Assembly (NCBI GenBank): GCA_045534675.1
Contig: JAZSKE010000031.1
Span: 20,043 to 84,042 of the forward strand
Length of the DNA stretch: 64,000 bases
DNA from: Acutalibacteraceae bacterium
GTDB taxonomy: Bacteria; Bacillota; Clostridia; Oscillospirales; Acutalibacteraceae
Direction of reading: 5' to 3'
This document shows positions 37,043-47,096 of the stretch, one piece after another. Made by a program: the position numbers and the translations under genes. Within the stretch, counting starts at the first letter, position 1. Every line of letters starts with the position of its first letter. The notes under the pieces are model-generated. The model was not told the DNA's origin, did not search any database, and was given only the letters and a program-made list of their open reading frames with translations.

Positions 37043-38257
37043 ATGAAATATATTGGTGGAGGCGTAACTGCTGCAAAAGGCTTCAAGGCCTCAGGTATTC
37101 ACTGCGGTATAAGAAAAAACCAGATAAAAAAAGACCTGGCTATGATAGTCAGTGATGTCAAGTGCAGTGCCGCTGCAGTTTATACACAAAATAAGGTTTA
37201 CGGCGCACCTATAACCGTAACGAGAAACAACATAGCAAACGGCATAGCTCAGGCAGTTATCGTCAACAGCGGCAACGCCAACACCTGTAATGCAGATGGC
37301 GTTCTGAAGGCTGAAATGATGTGTGATATCGCAGCAAAAGCACTTGGAGTTGACAGTGGGGATGTTATTGTTGCTTCAACGGGTGTTATCGGCATGACGC
37401 TTGATGTCACTCCAATTGCCGAGGGCGCTCCCGCACTTGCTGCTCAGATGAGCGAAAAGGGCGGTCATGACTGTGCTGAAGCAATTATGACAACTGATAC
37501 CCTGCCCAAGGAGGTTGCCGTTGAAATGGAAATCGGCGGCAAAACTGTTACTCTCGGAGCTTGCTGTAAGGGTTCGGGCATGATTCATCCCAATATGGCA
37601 ACAATGCTTTGCTTTATGACAACTGACTGCAATATTTCTTCCGAATATTTGCAAAAGGCTCTCAGTGATGTTGTTAAAGATACCTTTAATATGATTAGTG
37701 TTGACGGTGACACATCAACTAATGATATGGTTTGCATTATGGCAAACGGCAAGGCCGGCAACGCAATCATTGATGGTGAATCTGCAGATTTTGAAACATT
37801 CAAGCAAGCTCTTAAGGCTGTGTCAATTAAGCTGTCGCGCCTTATTGCAGGTGACGGCGAGGGCGCTCAGAGACTTCTTGAGTGCAATGTCACCGCTTGT
37901 AGCGATGAACAAACTGCAAAGAAAATTGCTAAGAGCATAATCTGCTCATCCCTTGTTAAAACTGCAATGTTCGGCGCAGATGCTAACTGGGGCAGAATCC
38001 TCTGCGCTATCGGTTATACCGAGGGTGATTTTAAAGTTGATACAATTGATGTTTATCTGTCTTCATGTAAGGGTGTTATCAAGGTTTGCGAAAACGGAGC
38101 AGGCATTCCTTTCAGCGAAGAAAAGGCTAAGGAAATACTTCTCGAAAACGAAATTATCCTTGATGTCGATATGAGACAGGGCGAATACTCAGCTACAGCC
38201 TGGGGCTGTGACCTGACCTATGATTACGTTAAAATCAACGGCGACTACCGCACATAA
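37043..38257 (+). CDS. argJ: Bifunctional ornithine acetyltransferase / N-acetylglutamate synthase
   Basis: Autoprocessing site region NMATMLCFMTTD. Confidence 0.93.
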   Translation: MKYIGGGVTAAKGFKASGIHCGIRKNQIKKDLAMIVSDVKCSAAAVYTQNKVYGAPITVTRNNIANGIAQAVIVNSGNANTCNADGVLKAEMMCDIAAKALGVDSGDVIVASTGVIGMTLDVTPIAEGAPALAAQMSEKGGHDCAEAIMTTDTLPKEVAVEMEIGGKTVTLGACCKGSGMIHPNMATMLCFMTTDCNISSEYLQKALSDVVKDTFNMISVDGDTSTNDMVCIMANGKAGNAIIDGESADFETFKQALKAVSIKLSRLIAGDGEGAQRLLECNVTACSDEQTAKKIAKSIICSSLVKTAMFGADANWGRILCAIGYTEGDFKVDTIDVYLSSCKGVIKVCENGAGIPFSEEKAKEILLENEIILDVDMRQGEYSATAWGCDLTYDYVKINGDYRT

Positions 38258-38269
38258 GAGGTGAACACT

Positions 38270-39139
38270 ATGTCAGAAAAAATTTCGGCAGCGCTCAAGG
38301 CGCAGATTCTCACCGATGCACTGCCTTACATACAGAAATACTACGGCAAAACTGTTGTGGTCAAATACGGCGGAAATGCCATGATTAATCCCGAGCTGAA
38401 ATATGCCGTTATGAGTGATATTATTCTTCTTTCACTCGTTGGCATCAAGATTGTTCTTGTTCACGGCGGCGGCCCTGAAATCAGTGCAATGCTTAAAAAT
38501 TTAGGAATCGAATCCAAGTTTGTCAACGGTCTTCGTTACACTGATAAGGACACTGCCGAAGTGGTACAGATGGTGCTTTCGGGCAAAACAAACAAAGACC
38601 TTGTGTCTCTTATTGAAACTGAAGGCGGCAAGGCTGTAGGCCTTTGCGGTATTGACGGTGCAATGATTAAGTGTATCAAAAAAGATGATGACGGCTTTGA
38701 TTACGGCTTTGTGGGTGAAATTACGGAAGTTGACCCTGCACCTATTGAAAAGGTGCTTGAAGAAGGCTATATCCCCGTTATTGCTACTGTGGGTATTGAT
38801 GCTGAGGGTCAGGTTTATAACATCAATGCAGACACAGCTGCGGCAGAAATTGCTGCTGCTCTGGGTGCCGAAAATATCATTACACTCACGGATATTCCGG
38901 GACTTCTCCGCGATATAAATGACCCGGAATCACTTATACCCGAAATTAGGGCAGACGAGGTCAAATCTCTTATTGACAGCGGCATTATTTCAGGCGGTAT
39001 GATTCCTAAAATGCTTTCCTGTGAAAAAGCAGTGCGCTCAGGTGTTAAGAAGGCGGTTATGATTGACGGCAGAGTACCCCACTCGATTTTAATTGAAATG
39101 TTCTCTAAAGAGGGTATCGGTACCCTTATGAAAATGTGA
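38270..39139 (+). CDS. argB: Acetylglutamate kinase
   Basis: VVKYGGNAM and LVHGGGPEI motifs. ATG 38270 after AAGAGGTG is preferred over GTG 38261. Confidence 0.93.
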   Translation: MSEKISAALKAQILTDALPYIQKYYGKTVVVKYGGNAMINPELKYAVMSDIILLSLVGIKIVLVHGGGPEISAMLKNLGIESKFVNGLRYTDKDTAEVVQMVLSGKTNKDLVSLIETEGGKAVGLCGIDGAMIKCIKKDDDGFDYGFVGEITEVDPAPIEKVLEEGYIPVIATVGIDAEGQVYNINADTAAAEIAAALGAENIITLTDIPGLLRDINDPESLIPEIRADEVKSLIDSGIISGGMIPKMLSCEKAVRSGVKKAVMIDGRVPHSILIEMFSKEGIGTLMKM

Positions 39140-39148
39140 GGCGAAATT

Positions 39149-40330
39149 ATGAGCAATTTTGATATTATTAAAGAAAAAGACCAGACCTATGTTGCAAACA
39201 CCTACGGCAGATTTCCCGTTGCAATCAAAGAGGGCAAGGGCGCTCTTTGCAAAGACTTCGACGGCAAGGAATATGTTGACTTCTCAAGCGGTATCGGCGT
39301 AAATTCTCTCGGCTTCTGCAACGACGGTTGGGTGAGTGCCGTTACAAAACAGCTCACCACTCTGCAGCATATTTCCAACCTTTACTACACAGAACCTTGC
39401 GCAAACACAGCAAAAATTCTTTGCGAGAGAACGGGAATGAAAAAGGTTTTCTTCTCAAACAGTGGTGCGGAGAGCAACGAGGGTGCAATCAAATGTGCAA
39501 GAAAATATTCGCTCGATAAATACGGTGAGGGCAGAAATAAGGTTATCACTCTTGTCAATTCATTTCACGGCAGAACTGTCACAACTCTTGCCGCAACGGG
39601 TCAGGATGTCTTCCATAAGCATTTCTTTCCCTTTACAGAGGGTTTTGAGTTTGTGCCGGCAAATGACATTGATGCACTGAAAAATGCTCTTGACGGCAGT
39701 GTATGCGCTATTATGATGGAGCTTATTCAGGGTGAGGGTGGTGTTATGCCTCTTGACAAGATCTTCGTCAAAGAGGTTGAAGCACTCTGCAAGGAAAATG
39801 ATATTCTTCTCATTATCGATGAGGTACAGACGGGCGTCGGCAGAACAGGTGAGCTTTTCTGCTTTATGAATTATGATATAACTCCTGACATTGTTACAAC
39901 AGCGAAAGGCATCGGCGGAGGTCTGCCTCTCGGATGTGTGATGTTCGGTGAAAAGACTGAAAATGTTTTCGGCCCGAGTGATCACGCAACAACCTTCGGC
40001 GGCAATCCCGTAGCCACAGCAGGTGCGGAGTATATCCTCACCACAATGGACGGCAAATTCCTCGGTGATGTCACAGCAAAAGGGGAGTATATGAGAGAAA
40101 AAATCCTCACAATGCCCCACGTTGAAGGCATCGACGGCTTAGGCCTTATGATGGGTATTCGTCTGAGTGACGGTATCAAGAGTGCTGATGTAGTCAGAAA
40201 GGGCATTGAATACGGCGCACTCCTTCTCACTGCAAAAGCAAAGGTGAGACTTCTTCCACCTCTTAATATCACTTATGATGAGATTGACAGAGGTCTTGAG
40301 GCATTAGCGAAAGCTCTCAGCGAAATGTAA
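39149..40330 (+). CDS. argD: Acetylornithine aminotransferase
   Basis: Class III aminotransferase with DEVQTGVGRTG and the PLP lysine region TTAKGIGGG. Confidence 0.9.
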   Translation: MSNFDIIKEKDQTYVANTYGRFPVAIKEGKGALCKDFDGKEYVDFSSGIGVNSLGFCNDGWVSAVTKQLTTLQHISNLYYTEPCANTAKILCERTGMKKVFFSNSGAESNEGAIKCARKYSLDKYGEGRNKVITLVNSFHGRTVTTLAATGQDVFHKHFFPFTEGFEFVPANDIDALKNALDGSVCAIMMELIQGEGGVMPLDKIFVKEVEALCKENDILLIIDEVQTGVGRTGELFCFMNYDITPDIVTTAKGIGGGLPLGCVMFGEKTENVFGPSDHATTFGGNPVATAGAEYILTTMDGKFLGDVTAKGEYMREKILTMPHVEGIDGLGLMMGIRLSDGIKSADVVRKGIEYGALLLTAKAKVRLLPPLNITYDEIDRGLEALAKALSEM

Positions 40331-40423
40331 TTTACAATGAAGCGCAAGCTTCATTTCATGACCGTTTGGTCATTTCATGCATTTATGCTTTTCATGCCGA
40401 CAGGCATTTCATTAAAAAAAGTA

Positions 40424-40451
40424 AGACCTGCAGTAACTAACCTGCAGGTCT
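40424..40451. terminator. Bidirectional hairpin between the convergent argD and trxA genes
   Basis: AGACCTGCAG-8 nt-CTGCAGGTCT with A/T runs on both sides. Confidence 0.7.
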
Positions 40452-40467
40452 GTTTAATGTTATCACT

Positions 40468-40791
40468 TTACTTATTATTTTCAATAAACTCCACAATCTC
40501 ATCTTTACTCTGCAGACCAACAAGTCTGCCTTTTTCTTCGCCGCCGACAAAGAGAATAAGGCAAGGGATTGTCATAACACCCATAAGCATTGCGTAATCT
40601 GAAGCTTCATCGCAGTTGAGCTTGCAGACTTTAACCTCGCCGTCAAGCTCGTCGGCAAGCTCCTCAATTGTGGGGCCTAACATCTGACAGGGTCCGCACC
40701 AGGGTGCCCAGAAATCAACGAGTACGGGAACAGCCTTTTCTTCGTTTACTTCAGCGTGGAAGTTTTCACTTGAAAGTTCAATATATGACAT
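40468..40791 (-). CDS. trxA: Thioredoxin
   Basis: WAPWCGPC active site. Start set at MSYIEL, which is preceded by AAGGAGG; the annotated ORF extends spuriously to 40929. Confidence 0.92.
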   Translation of the reverse strand: MSYIELSSENFHAEVNEEKAVPVLVDFWAPWCGPCQMLGPTIEELADELDGEVKVCKLNCDEASDYAMLMGVMTIPCLILFVGGEEKGRLVGLQSKDEIVEFIENNK

Positions 40792-41039
40792 GGTTTTTGT
40801 CCTCCTTAGTGTTATATTTAAATTTGTTAATGTCATAATATCACATATTCTGTGCATTTTCAAGACATAAAATTCAATTAAGTCCCGATATTTACTCTGT
40901 AAATTTATCTTTTTACTTGATTTTTCCACATAAATAGTGTAAATTATAAGTATTGTGGAAAACTTTGCTTGTTTATACTACATTTTGTGTAACTAAATCA
41001 ATATGATATATAATAAATTTGAAAGGATTCGTATTTATT

Positions 41040-43019
41040 ATGGCTAAGAAACCCGGATATTCAAATGAAGATATCGAAATGCTTGAAGGTGCCGACAGGG
41101 TCAGAAAAAGACCTGCCGTAATATTCGGCTCAAACGGTATAGAAGGCTGTGAACATTCTGTTTTTGAAATTCTCTCAAACTCAATTGACGAGGCAAGAGA
41201 GGGTCACGGTGATAAAATTGTTGTAACGAGATACTCCGACGGCAGTGTTGAAATTCAGGACTTCGGCCGTGGTATTCCCGTTGGCTATAACGAGAAGTAT
41301 GACCGCTATAACTGGGAGCTTATTTTCTGCGAAATGTATGCAGGCGGTAAATATAAAACCAACTCAGGCGGCAGCTATGAATATTCTCTCGGTCTTAACG
41401 GTCTCGGTCTTTGTGCAACACAGTTTGCCAGTGAATATATGGATGCCGAAATTAAAACCGGCGGTGAAAGACACACCCTTCACTTTGAAAAAGGTGTCAA
41501 CATCGGCGGTCTTCAGAGTGAACCCTACGCTAAAAAAGATACAGGTACCCGTATAAAATGGAAGCCTGATATTGAGGTTTTCACCGACATAGACATCAGC
41601 CTTGAATATTATCAGAACATTATGATGCGTCAGGCTATTGTCAATCCCAAGGTGCGTTTCGAGCTGAAAAATCAGGTCAAGGGCGGCTTTGAGACCTTCG
41701 TCTATTACTACGAAAACGGCATCAGTGACTATGTTAAGGAAATCGCAGGTGAGGATGCGCTGACCTCTGTTCAGTATTGGCAGACGGAGCGCAGCGGTAA
41801 AGACAGACCCGACCTTCCCGAATATAAGGTAAAGCTCAATATTGCTCTTACCTTTTCAAATAAAAGTCAGCTCATTGAGTACTACCACAATTCCAGCTTC
41901 CTTGAGTTCGGCGGTTCCCCGGATAATGCCGTCAAAAACGCTATGGTTGCCCAGATTGATGCCTACCTCAAAAGTTCAGGCAAGTACACCAAGAGCGACA
42001 CCAAGATTAAATTCCAGGATGTTGCCGACTGTCTTATTCTTGTTTCATCGTCATTCTCAACTGAAACCTCATATCTCAACCAGACCAAGAAGGCAATTAC
42101 TAATAAGTTCATTCAGGAGGCAATGACAGAGTTTATCCGTCATCAGCTTGAAATATACTTCATCGAAAATAAGATGGAGGCTGACAAAATTGCCGATCAG
42201 GTACTCATCAATATGCGTAGCCGTGTTAAGGCTGAGGCCGCAAGGGTAAACATCAAAAAGACCCTTGCTTCCTCTAACGATATGGCTAACCGTGTGCAGA
42301 AGTTTGTTGACTGCAGAAGCAAAGATGTTGAACGCAGAGAGCTTTTCATAGTGGAAGGTGACTCAGCTTTAGGTGCCTGCAAACAGGCCCGTGACTCGGA
42401 ATTTCAGGCTGTTATACCCGTGCGCGGTAAGATTCTTAACTGCCTGAAATCCGAATATGAAAAGATATTCAAGAGCGAAATTATCACCGACCTTTTAAAG
42501 GTACTGGGCTGCGGTGTTGAAGTACACGCTAAGGGTATGAAAAATATGTCCACATTCTCAATGGATAACCTTCGTTGGAACAAGATAATTATCTGTACCG
42601 ACGCCGACGTTGACGGCTATCAGATCCGTACCCTTATTCTCACTATGATTTACCGTCTTGTGCCTACCCTTATAAGAGAAGGCAAGGTCTTTATTGCCGA
42701 ATCACCTCTTTATGAAATCACAAGCGGTAACGAAACCTGGTTTGCTTATACTGAAAAGGAAAAGGCAGATGCCCTTGAAGCAATCGGCAATAGGAAATAT
42801 TCAATTCAGCGCTCAAAGGGTCTCGGTGAAAACGATGCAGATATGATGAATCTCACAACCATGAACCCTGCAACGAGACGACTTATCAAAATCGACCCTG
42901 CTGAGGCACAGGAGACTGCTGACAAGTTCGATTTGCTTTTAGGCGACAACCTTGCAGGAAGGAAAGACTATATTGCAAACTTCGGTCATCTCTATATTGA
43001 TATGACAGATGTAAGCTGA
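41040..43019 (+). CDS. Type IIA topoisomerase subunit B (ParE/GyrB-like)
   Basis: LEGADRVRKRPAVIFG, Toprim IVEGDSALG, PVRGKILN and DADVDG. Confidence 0.88.
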   Translation: MAKKPGYSNEDIEMLEGADRVRKRPAVIFGSNGIEGCEHSVFEILSNSIDEAREGHGDKIVVTRYSDGSVEIQDFGRGIPVGYNEKYDRYNWELIFCEMYAGGKYKTNSGGSYEYSLGLNGLGLCATQFASEYMDAEIKTGGERHTLHFEKGVNIGGLQSEPYAKKDTGTRIKWKPDIEVFTDIDISLEYYQNIMMRQAIVNPKVRFELKNQVKGGFETFVYYYENGISDYVKEIAGEDALTSVQYWQTERSGKDRPDLPEYKVKLNIALTFSNKSQLIEYYHNSSFLEFGGSPDNAVKNAMVAQIDAYLKSSGKYTKSDTKIKFQDVADCLILVSSSFSTETSYLNQTKKAITNKFIQEAMTEFIRHQLEIYFIENKMEADKIADQVLINMRSRVKAEAARVNIKKTLASSNDMANRVQKFVDCRSKDVERRELFIVEGDSALGACKQARDSEFQAVIPVRGKILNCLKSEYEKIFKSEIITDLLKVLGCGVEVHAKGMKNMSTFSMDNLRWNKIIICTDADVDGYQIRTLILTMIYRLVPTLIREGKVFIAESPLYEITSGNETWFAYTEKEKADALEAIGNRKYSIQRSKGLGENDADMMNLTTMNPATRRLIKIDPAEAQETADKFDLLLGDNLAGRKDYIANFGHLYIDMTDVS

Positions 43020-43038
43020 GGAAAGGAGGAAACAGTTT

Positions 43039-45297
43039 ATGGCAAAAAAGAAAACAAGCAAAAAGAAAGATGAAGATGTAAATCTTCTTGCGTACACCCA
43101 TATACTCGGTGCGGGCGAAATGATTGAGCAGAGAATCACCGATACTCTTGAAATCAACTATATGCCCTATGCTATGAGCGTTATCCTTTCTCGTGCAATT
43201 CCTGAAATTGACGGCTTTAAGCCTTCTCACAGAAAGCTCCTTTACACTATGTATAAAATGGGACTTCTTACGGGAAACAGAACAAAGTCAGCAAATATCG
43301 TCGGTCAGACAATGCGTCTTAATCCTCACGGTGACGCTGCCATATATGAAACTATGGTGCGTCTCTCACGAGGCAACGAGGCACTTCTCAATCCTTTTGT
43401 AGACTCAAAGGGTAACTTCGGTAAGGCATATTCAAGAGATATGCACTATGCTGCCGCAAGATATACGGAAGCTAAGCTTGACAGCATCTGCAATGAGCTT
43501 TTCAGAGATATTGATAAGAACACAACTGATTTTGTTGATAACTATGACAGCACAATGAAGGAGCCTTCACTGCTTCCCGTTACCTTCCCGTCAATTCTTG
43601 CCAACACAAACCTTGGCATTGCCGTTGGCATGGCGAGCAGTATCTGCTCATTCAATCTGAAAGAGCTGTGTGAAACAACAATTGAGCTTATCAAAAACAA
43701 AGAGCATGACTGCCTTACAACTATGCCGGCTCCCGACTTTATCGGTGGCGGACAGATTCTCTATGACAGAGATGCTATGGCAGAGGTGTACCGTACAGGC
43801 CGCGGTAATATCAGAGTAAGATCAAAATATGCCTACGATAAGCAGTTTAACTGCATTGATATTACGGAAATTCCTCCCACAACCACTGCTGAAGCAATTA
43901 TTGATAAGATAATAGAGCGTGTAAAGGCAGGCACAATCAAGGAAATCACCGATATCCGTGACGAAACGGATAAGTCAGGTCTTAAAATTACAATTGATCT
44001 CAAGCGCGGCACAGACCCCGATAAGCTTATGAGTAAGCTCTTTAAGCTTACTCCTCTGGAGGATTCCTTCTCCTGCAACTTCAATGTTCTTATTGACGGT
44101 TATCCCAGGGTGCTTGGTGTGCGTGACCTTCTGATTGAGTGGATACGCTTCAGAGGCAAGTGCGTTTTCAGACGTGTTTCATTTGAGCTGAAAAAAGCTC
44201 AGGACAAGCTTCATCTTTTAAAGGGTCTTGAAAAAATCCTTCTCGATATTGATAAGGCAATAAAGATTGTGCGAGAAACTGAGGAAGAAAGCGAAGTAGT
44301 ACCCAACCTTATGATAGGCTTCGGCATAGATGAAATTCAGGCTGAATATGTGGCTGAAATCAAGCTTCGCCACCTCAACAGAGAATATATTCTCAAGCGT
44401 CTTAAGGATATAGAAAATCTCGAGGCTGCCATTGAGGATATGAAGGATATTCTTTCCTCAAAGACAAGAGTGCGTAAGATAATTATCGGTGAGCTTCAGG
44501 ATGTAATTAAAAAGTACGCCAAAGACCGCCGCAGTGAAATTGTTACGGTTACTGCCGTGGACTCTGCCGATGAGGCTGAGGAGATACCTGATTATGCAGT
44601 CAACCTTTTCTTTACAAAAGAAGGCTACTTCAAGAAAATCACACCTCTTTCACTTCGTATGGGCGGTGACCATAAGCTTAAAGACGGTGATGAGATAGTC
44701 CAGAGCTTTGAAACAACTAACAACAATGACCTTCTCTTCTTCACGGATAAGTGTCAGGTCTATAAGGCTAAGGTCAATGATTTTGCCGATTCAAAAGCAA
44801 GTGTCCTTGGAGAGTACATTCCCTCAAAGCTTGAAATGGAAGAAGGGGAGAACGCAATCTTTATGGTTGTGACCAATGATTATAAGGGCTATATGTTCTT
44901 CCTGTTTGAAAACGGCAAGGCAGCAAAGGTCAACCTCAATTCCTATGCTACAAAGACAAACCGTAAAAAGCTCATCAAAGCATACTGTGATAAGTCACCT
45001 CTTGCAGGTATAGAATATCTCAGTGAAGACGGTCAGCTTGTTATTGAAACAACCGGCGGCAGATGCTTGCTGCTTGATACCGCTCTTGTGTCGCCTAAGG
45101 CTATGAAGGATACTCAGGGTGTTGCCTGCATTACTCTGAAGAAAAATCAGAAGATAGCGTCCCTGCGCTTCTTCAGTGAGGGTGAATTTGTAAAGGCATC
45201 ACGCTATAAGGCAAAAAATCTGCCCTCTGCAGGCATGGTTTTAAGCAATGAAGATATTATGAAAAAAAACAACATAACCTTTGACGGCTTTATTTAA
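43039..45297 (+). CDS. Type IIA topoisomerase subunit A (ParC/GyrA-like, 752 aa)
   Basis: YAMSVILSRAIPEIDGFKPSHRKLLY and the catalytic Tyr region AAARYTEAKL. No canonical GyrA box; RMGGDHK sits where QRRGGKG would be. Confidence 0.88.
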   Translation: MAKKKTSKKKDEDVNLLAYTHILGAGEMIEQRITDTLEINYMPYAMSVILSRAIPEIDGFKPSHRKLLYTMYKMGLLTGNRTKSANIVGQTMRLNPHGDAAIYETMVRLSRGNEALLNPFVDSKGNFGKAYSRDMHYAAARYTEAKLDSICNELFRDIDKNTTDFVDNYDSTMKEPSLLPVTFPSILANTNLGIAVGMASSICSFNLKELCETTIELIKNKEHDCLTTMPAPDFIGGGQILYDRDAMAEVYRTGRGNIRVRSKYAYDKQFNCIDITEIPPTTTAEAIIDKIIERVKAGTIKEITDIRDETDKSGLKITIDLKRGTDPDKLMSKLFKLTPLEDSFSCNFNVLIDGYPRVLGVRDLLIEWIRFRGKCVFRRVSFELKKAQDKLHLLKGLEKILLDIDKAIKIVRETEEESEVVPNLMIGFGIDEIQAEYVAEIKLRHLNREYILKRLKDIENLEAAIEDMKDILSSKTRVRKIIIGELQDVIKKYAKDRRSEIVTVTAVDSADEAEEIPDYAVNLFFTKEGYFKKITPLSLRMGGDHKLKDGDEIVQSFETTNNNDLLFFTDKCQVYKAKVNDFADSKASVLGEYIPSKLEMEEGENAIFMVVTNDYKGYMFFLFENGKAAKVNLNSYATKTNRKKLIKAYCDKSPLAGIEYLSEDGQLVIETTGGRCLLLDTALVSPKAMKDTQGVACITLKKNQKIASLRFFSEGEFVKASRYKAKNLPSAGMVLSNEDIMKKNNITFDGFI

Positions 45298-45311
45298 AAG
45301 TTCTTAATCAT

Positions 45312-45351
45312 AACAACTCTCTGACTCGTTTGAGTATGAGAGTTGTTTTTG
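45312..45351 (+). terminator. Intrinsic terminator after the topoisomerase A subunit gene
   Basis: AACAACTCTC-16 nt-GAGAGTTGTT followed by TTT. Confidence 0.75.
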
Positions 45352-45430
45352 CGTATAAAAGTTAGTTTTGCACACTAATGTTGCAATAGTTACAGAATGT
45401 TCACAATTTTATAAACTTCTAATTATATTC

Positions 45431-45480
45431 TGGTGTATAATTTAGACTTAGATGTTTAATTGGGTAATATTGTGTATAAT
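45431..45480 (+). promoter_or_regulatory. Two extended -10 promoter candidates for the A-C-T operon
   Basis: TGgTGTATAAT at 45431-45441 and TGTGTATAAT at 45471-45480. Confidence 0.45.
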
Positions 45481-45516
45481 TGCCCGGGGACATAAAAAAA
45501 TTAAGGAAGTGCTGTT

Positions 45517-47070
45517 TTGGATAAAAGTCAGATATTAACTGTCAGAAATCTTGCTGAATATTCAGTAGAAAAATTTGCAGAAAAAGATTTCTGCCGTTTC
45601 ATCAGAGACGGTGAGATTTTTGCTAAATCATATAAAGAGTTTTATGAAGATGCACTGAGCATCTGCAGATACATCCGATCAAAGAGCAAGGAAAAAATGA
45701 ATATCGGCTTCATCGGAAAAACAAGCTACGAATATATAGCTTGCCTTACAGGTATGATTTTCAGCGGCAATACTGTTGTACCCTTTGCGCCTGATATTAC
45801 TGTTGAGGAAGCTGTTGAACTTTTTGACGATGCTGATATTGAGATTCTTTTCTGCGAAGAAGAATTTGCGGAAAAGGCACGCATGATTAAAAGAAACTTC
45901 GGTGGTCTCAGAGATATAATTTCTCTTGGCAATTGGCAGTGGTTTGAGAATATATATAAAGAGTTTTCATCTGACTCAGCCTATGCGGCTCTTTCAGATG
46001 TTGAGGTTGAACCTGAGAGATGTGCTCTTATTATCTATACCTCCGGCACAACAGGCAAGAGAAAGGGTGTTATGCTTTCTCAGAATAACCTTGCAGCTAA
46101 CTCAACCTACGATGCTTACGCATTGGATAACGATGATGTCAGCTTCTCAATTTTGCCTATGCATCATGTTTTCTGTTATGCCTGTGATGTACTTAAGACT
46201 CTCTACGACGGCGGTACACTTTGCCTTAACGGTCAGCTTCAGAATTTATATAAGCATATGCTTATGTTTGAGCCTACAATTATGAGAATAGTACCTGCTA
46301 TCTGCAAGTCAATTCTCACTAAGATTAAAATCACCGAAAGACAGAATCCTACTCTTTCAAAAAGAGAGGCTGCCGAAAAGGTTGTGGGCAGAAACTTCAG
46401 ACGCATGATAGCCGGCAGTGCCTTTTTGAGCGGTGCGGTTATTGACGAGTTTGAGCAGTACGGCATCACTGCAAGACAGGGCTACGGCATGAGCGAGTGC
46501 AGTCCCAGAATTACTACATCAGATTTTTCTGATAAACTTAAATATTCCAACGGCAGACTTACAGGTGTTGATGAAGTAAGAAGTGTCGACGGCGAAATTC
46601 AGGTTAAGGGTCCCAGCGTAATGCTCGGATATTATAAGATGCCTGAAGAAACAAAGGCTGCTTTCACTGAGGACGGTTGGCTTCACACAGGTGACCTGGG
46701 TTATGTTCAAGACGGACATATTTTCCTTGTGGGCAGAAAAAAGAATCTGATTATTCTTTCCAACGGCGAAAACATCTCTCCCGAAGAAATTGAGAACCGT
46801 TTTGCCGATGAAGGTATAATAAAAGAAATCGTTGTTTTGGCAGAAAACGATAAGCTTGTTGCTGAGATTTTCCCTGACGAAGTGCTTGCCGAAACTTTAG
46901 GTATCACAGATATTGAGGGCGTTATTTCTGCTGTTATAGATAAGGTGAATATGATTTCAGCTTCTGACAGACAGATTTATTCCTTCCGTCTTCGTGAGAA
47001 GCCCTTTGAGAGAACCTCAACAGGCAAGATAAAGAGAACCGAATTTTATTTTAAGGGTAATAAAAATTAA
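45517..47070 (+). CDS. Stand-alone adenylate-forming enzyme (acyl-AMP/acyl-CoA ligase-like)
   Basis: TTG start after AAGGAAG. AMP-binding motifs IIYTSGTTGKRKGV, YGMSEC, TGDLGY and a terminal TSTGKIKR. Confidence 0.88.
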   Translation: MDKSQILTVRNLAEYSVEKFAEKDFCRFIRDGEIFAKSYKEFYEDALSICRYIRSKSKEKMNIGFIGKTSYEYIACLTGMIFSGNTVVPFAPDITVEEAVELFDDADIEILFCEEEFAEKARMIKRNFGGLRDIISLGNWQWFENIYKEFSSDSAYAALSDVEVEPERCALIIYTSGTTGKRKGVMLSQNNLAANSTYDAYALDNDDVSFSILPMHHVFCYACDVLKTLYDGGTLCLNGQLQNLYKHMLMFEPTIMRIVPAICKSILTKIKITERQNPTLSKREAAEKVVGRNFRRMIAGSAFLSGAVIDEFEQYGITARQGYGMSECSPRITTSDFSDKLKYSNGRLTGVDEVRSVDGEIQVKGPSVMLGYYKMPEETKAAFTEDGWLHTGDLGYVQDGHIFLVGRKKNLIILSNGENISPEEIENRFADEGIIKEIVVLAENDKLVAEIFPDEVLAETLGITDIEGVISAVIDKVNMISASDRQIYSFRLREKPFERTSTGKIKRTEFYFKGNKN

Positions 47071-47096
47071 AATTTCCCGAAGGAGGACCTAACGTT

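Noticed and set aside
40337-40597. 86-codon + strand ORF after argD
   Set aside because: It crosses the bidirectional terminator and then runs antisense to trxA. It is a shadow ORF.
40792-40929. 46-codon N-terminal extension of the thioredoxin ORF
   Set aside because: A strong AAGGAGG RBS precedes the internal Met (MSYIEL), and the resulting 107-aa product matches normal thioredoxin length. The extension covers AT-rich promoter DNA.
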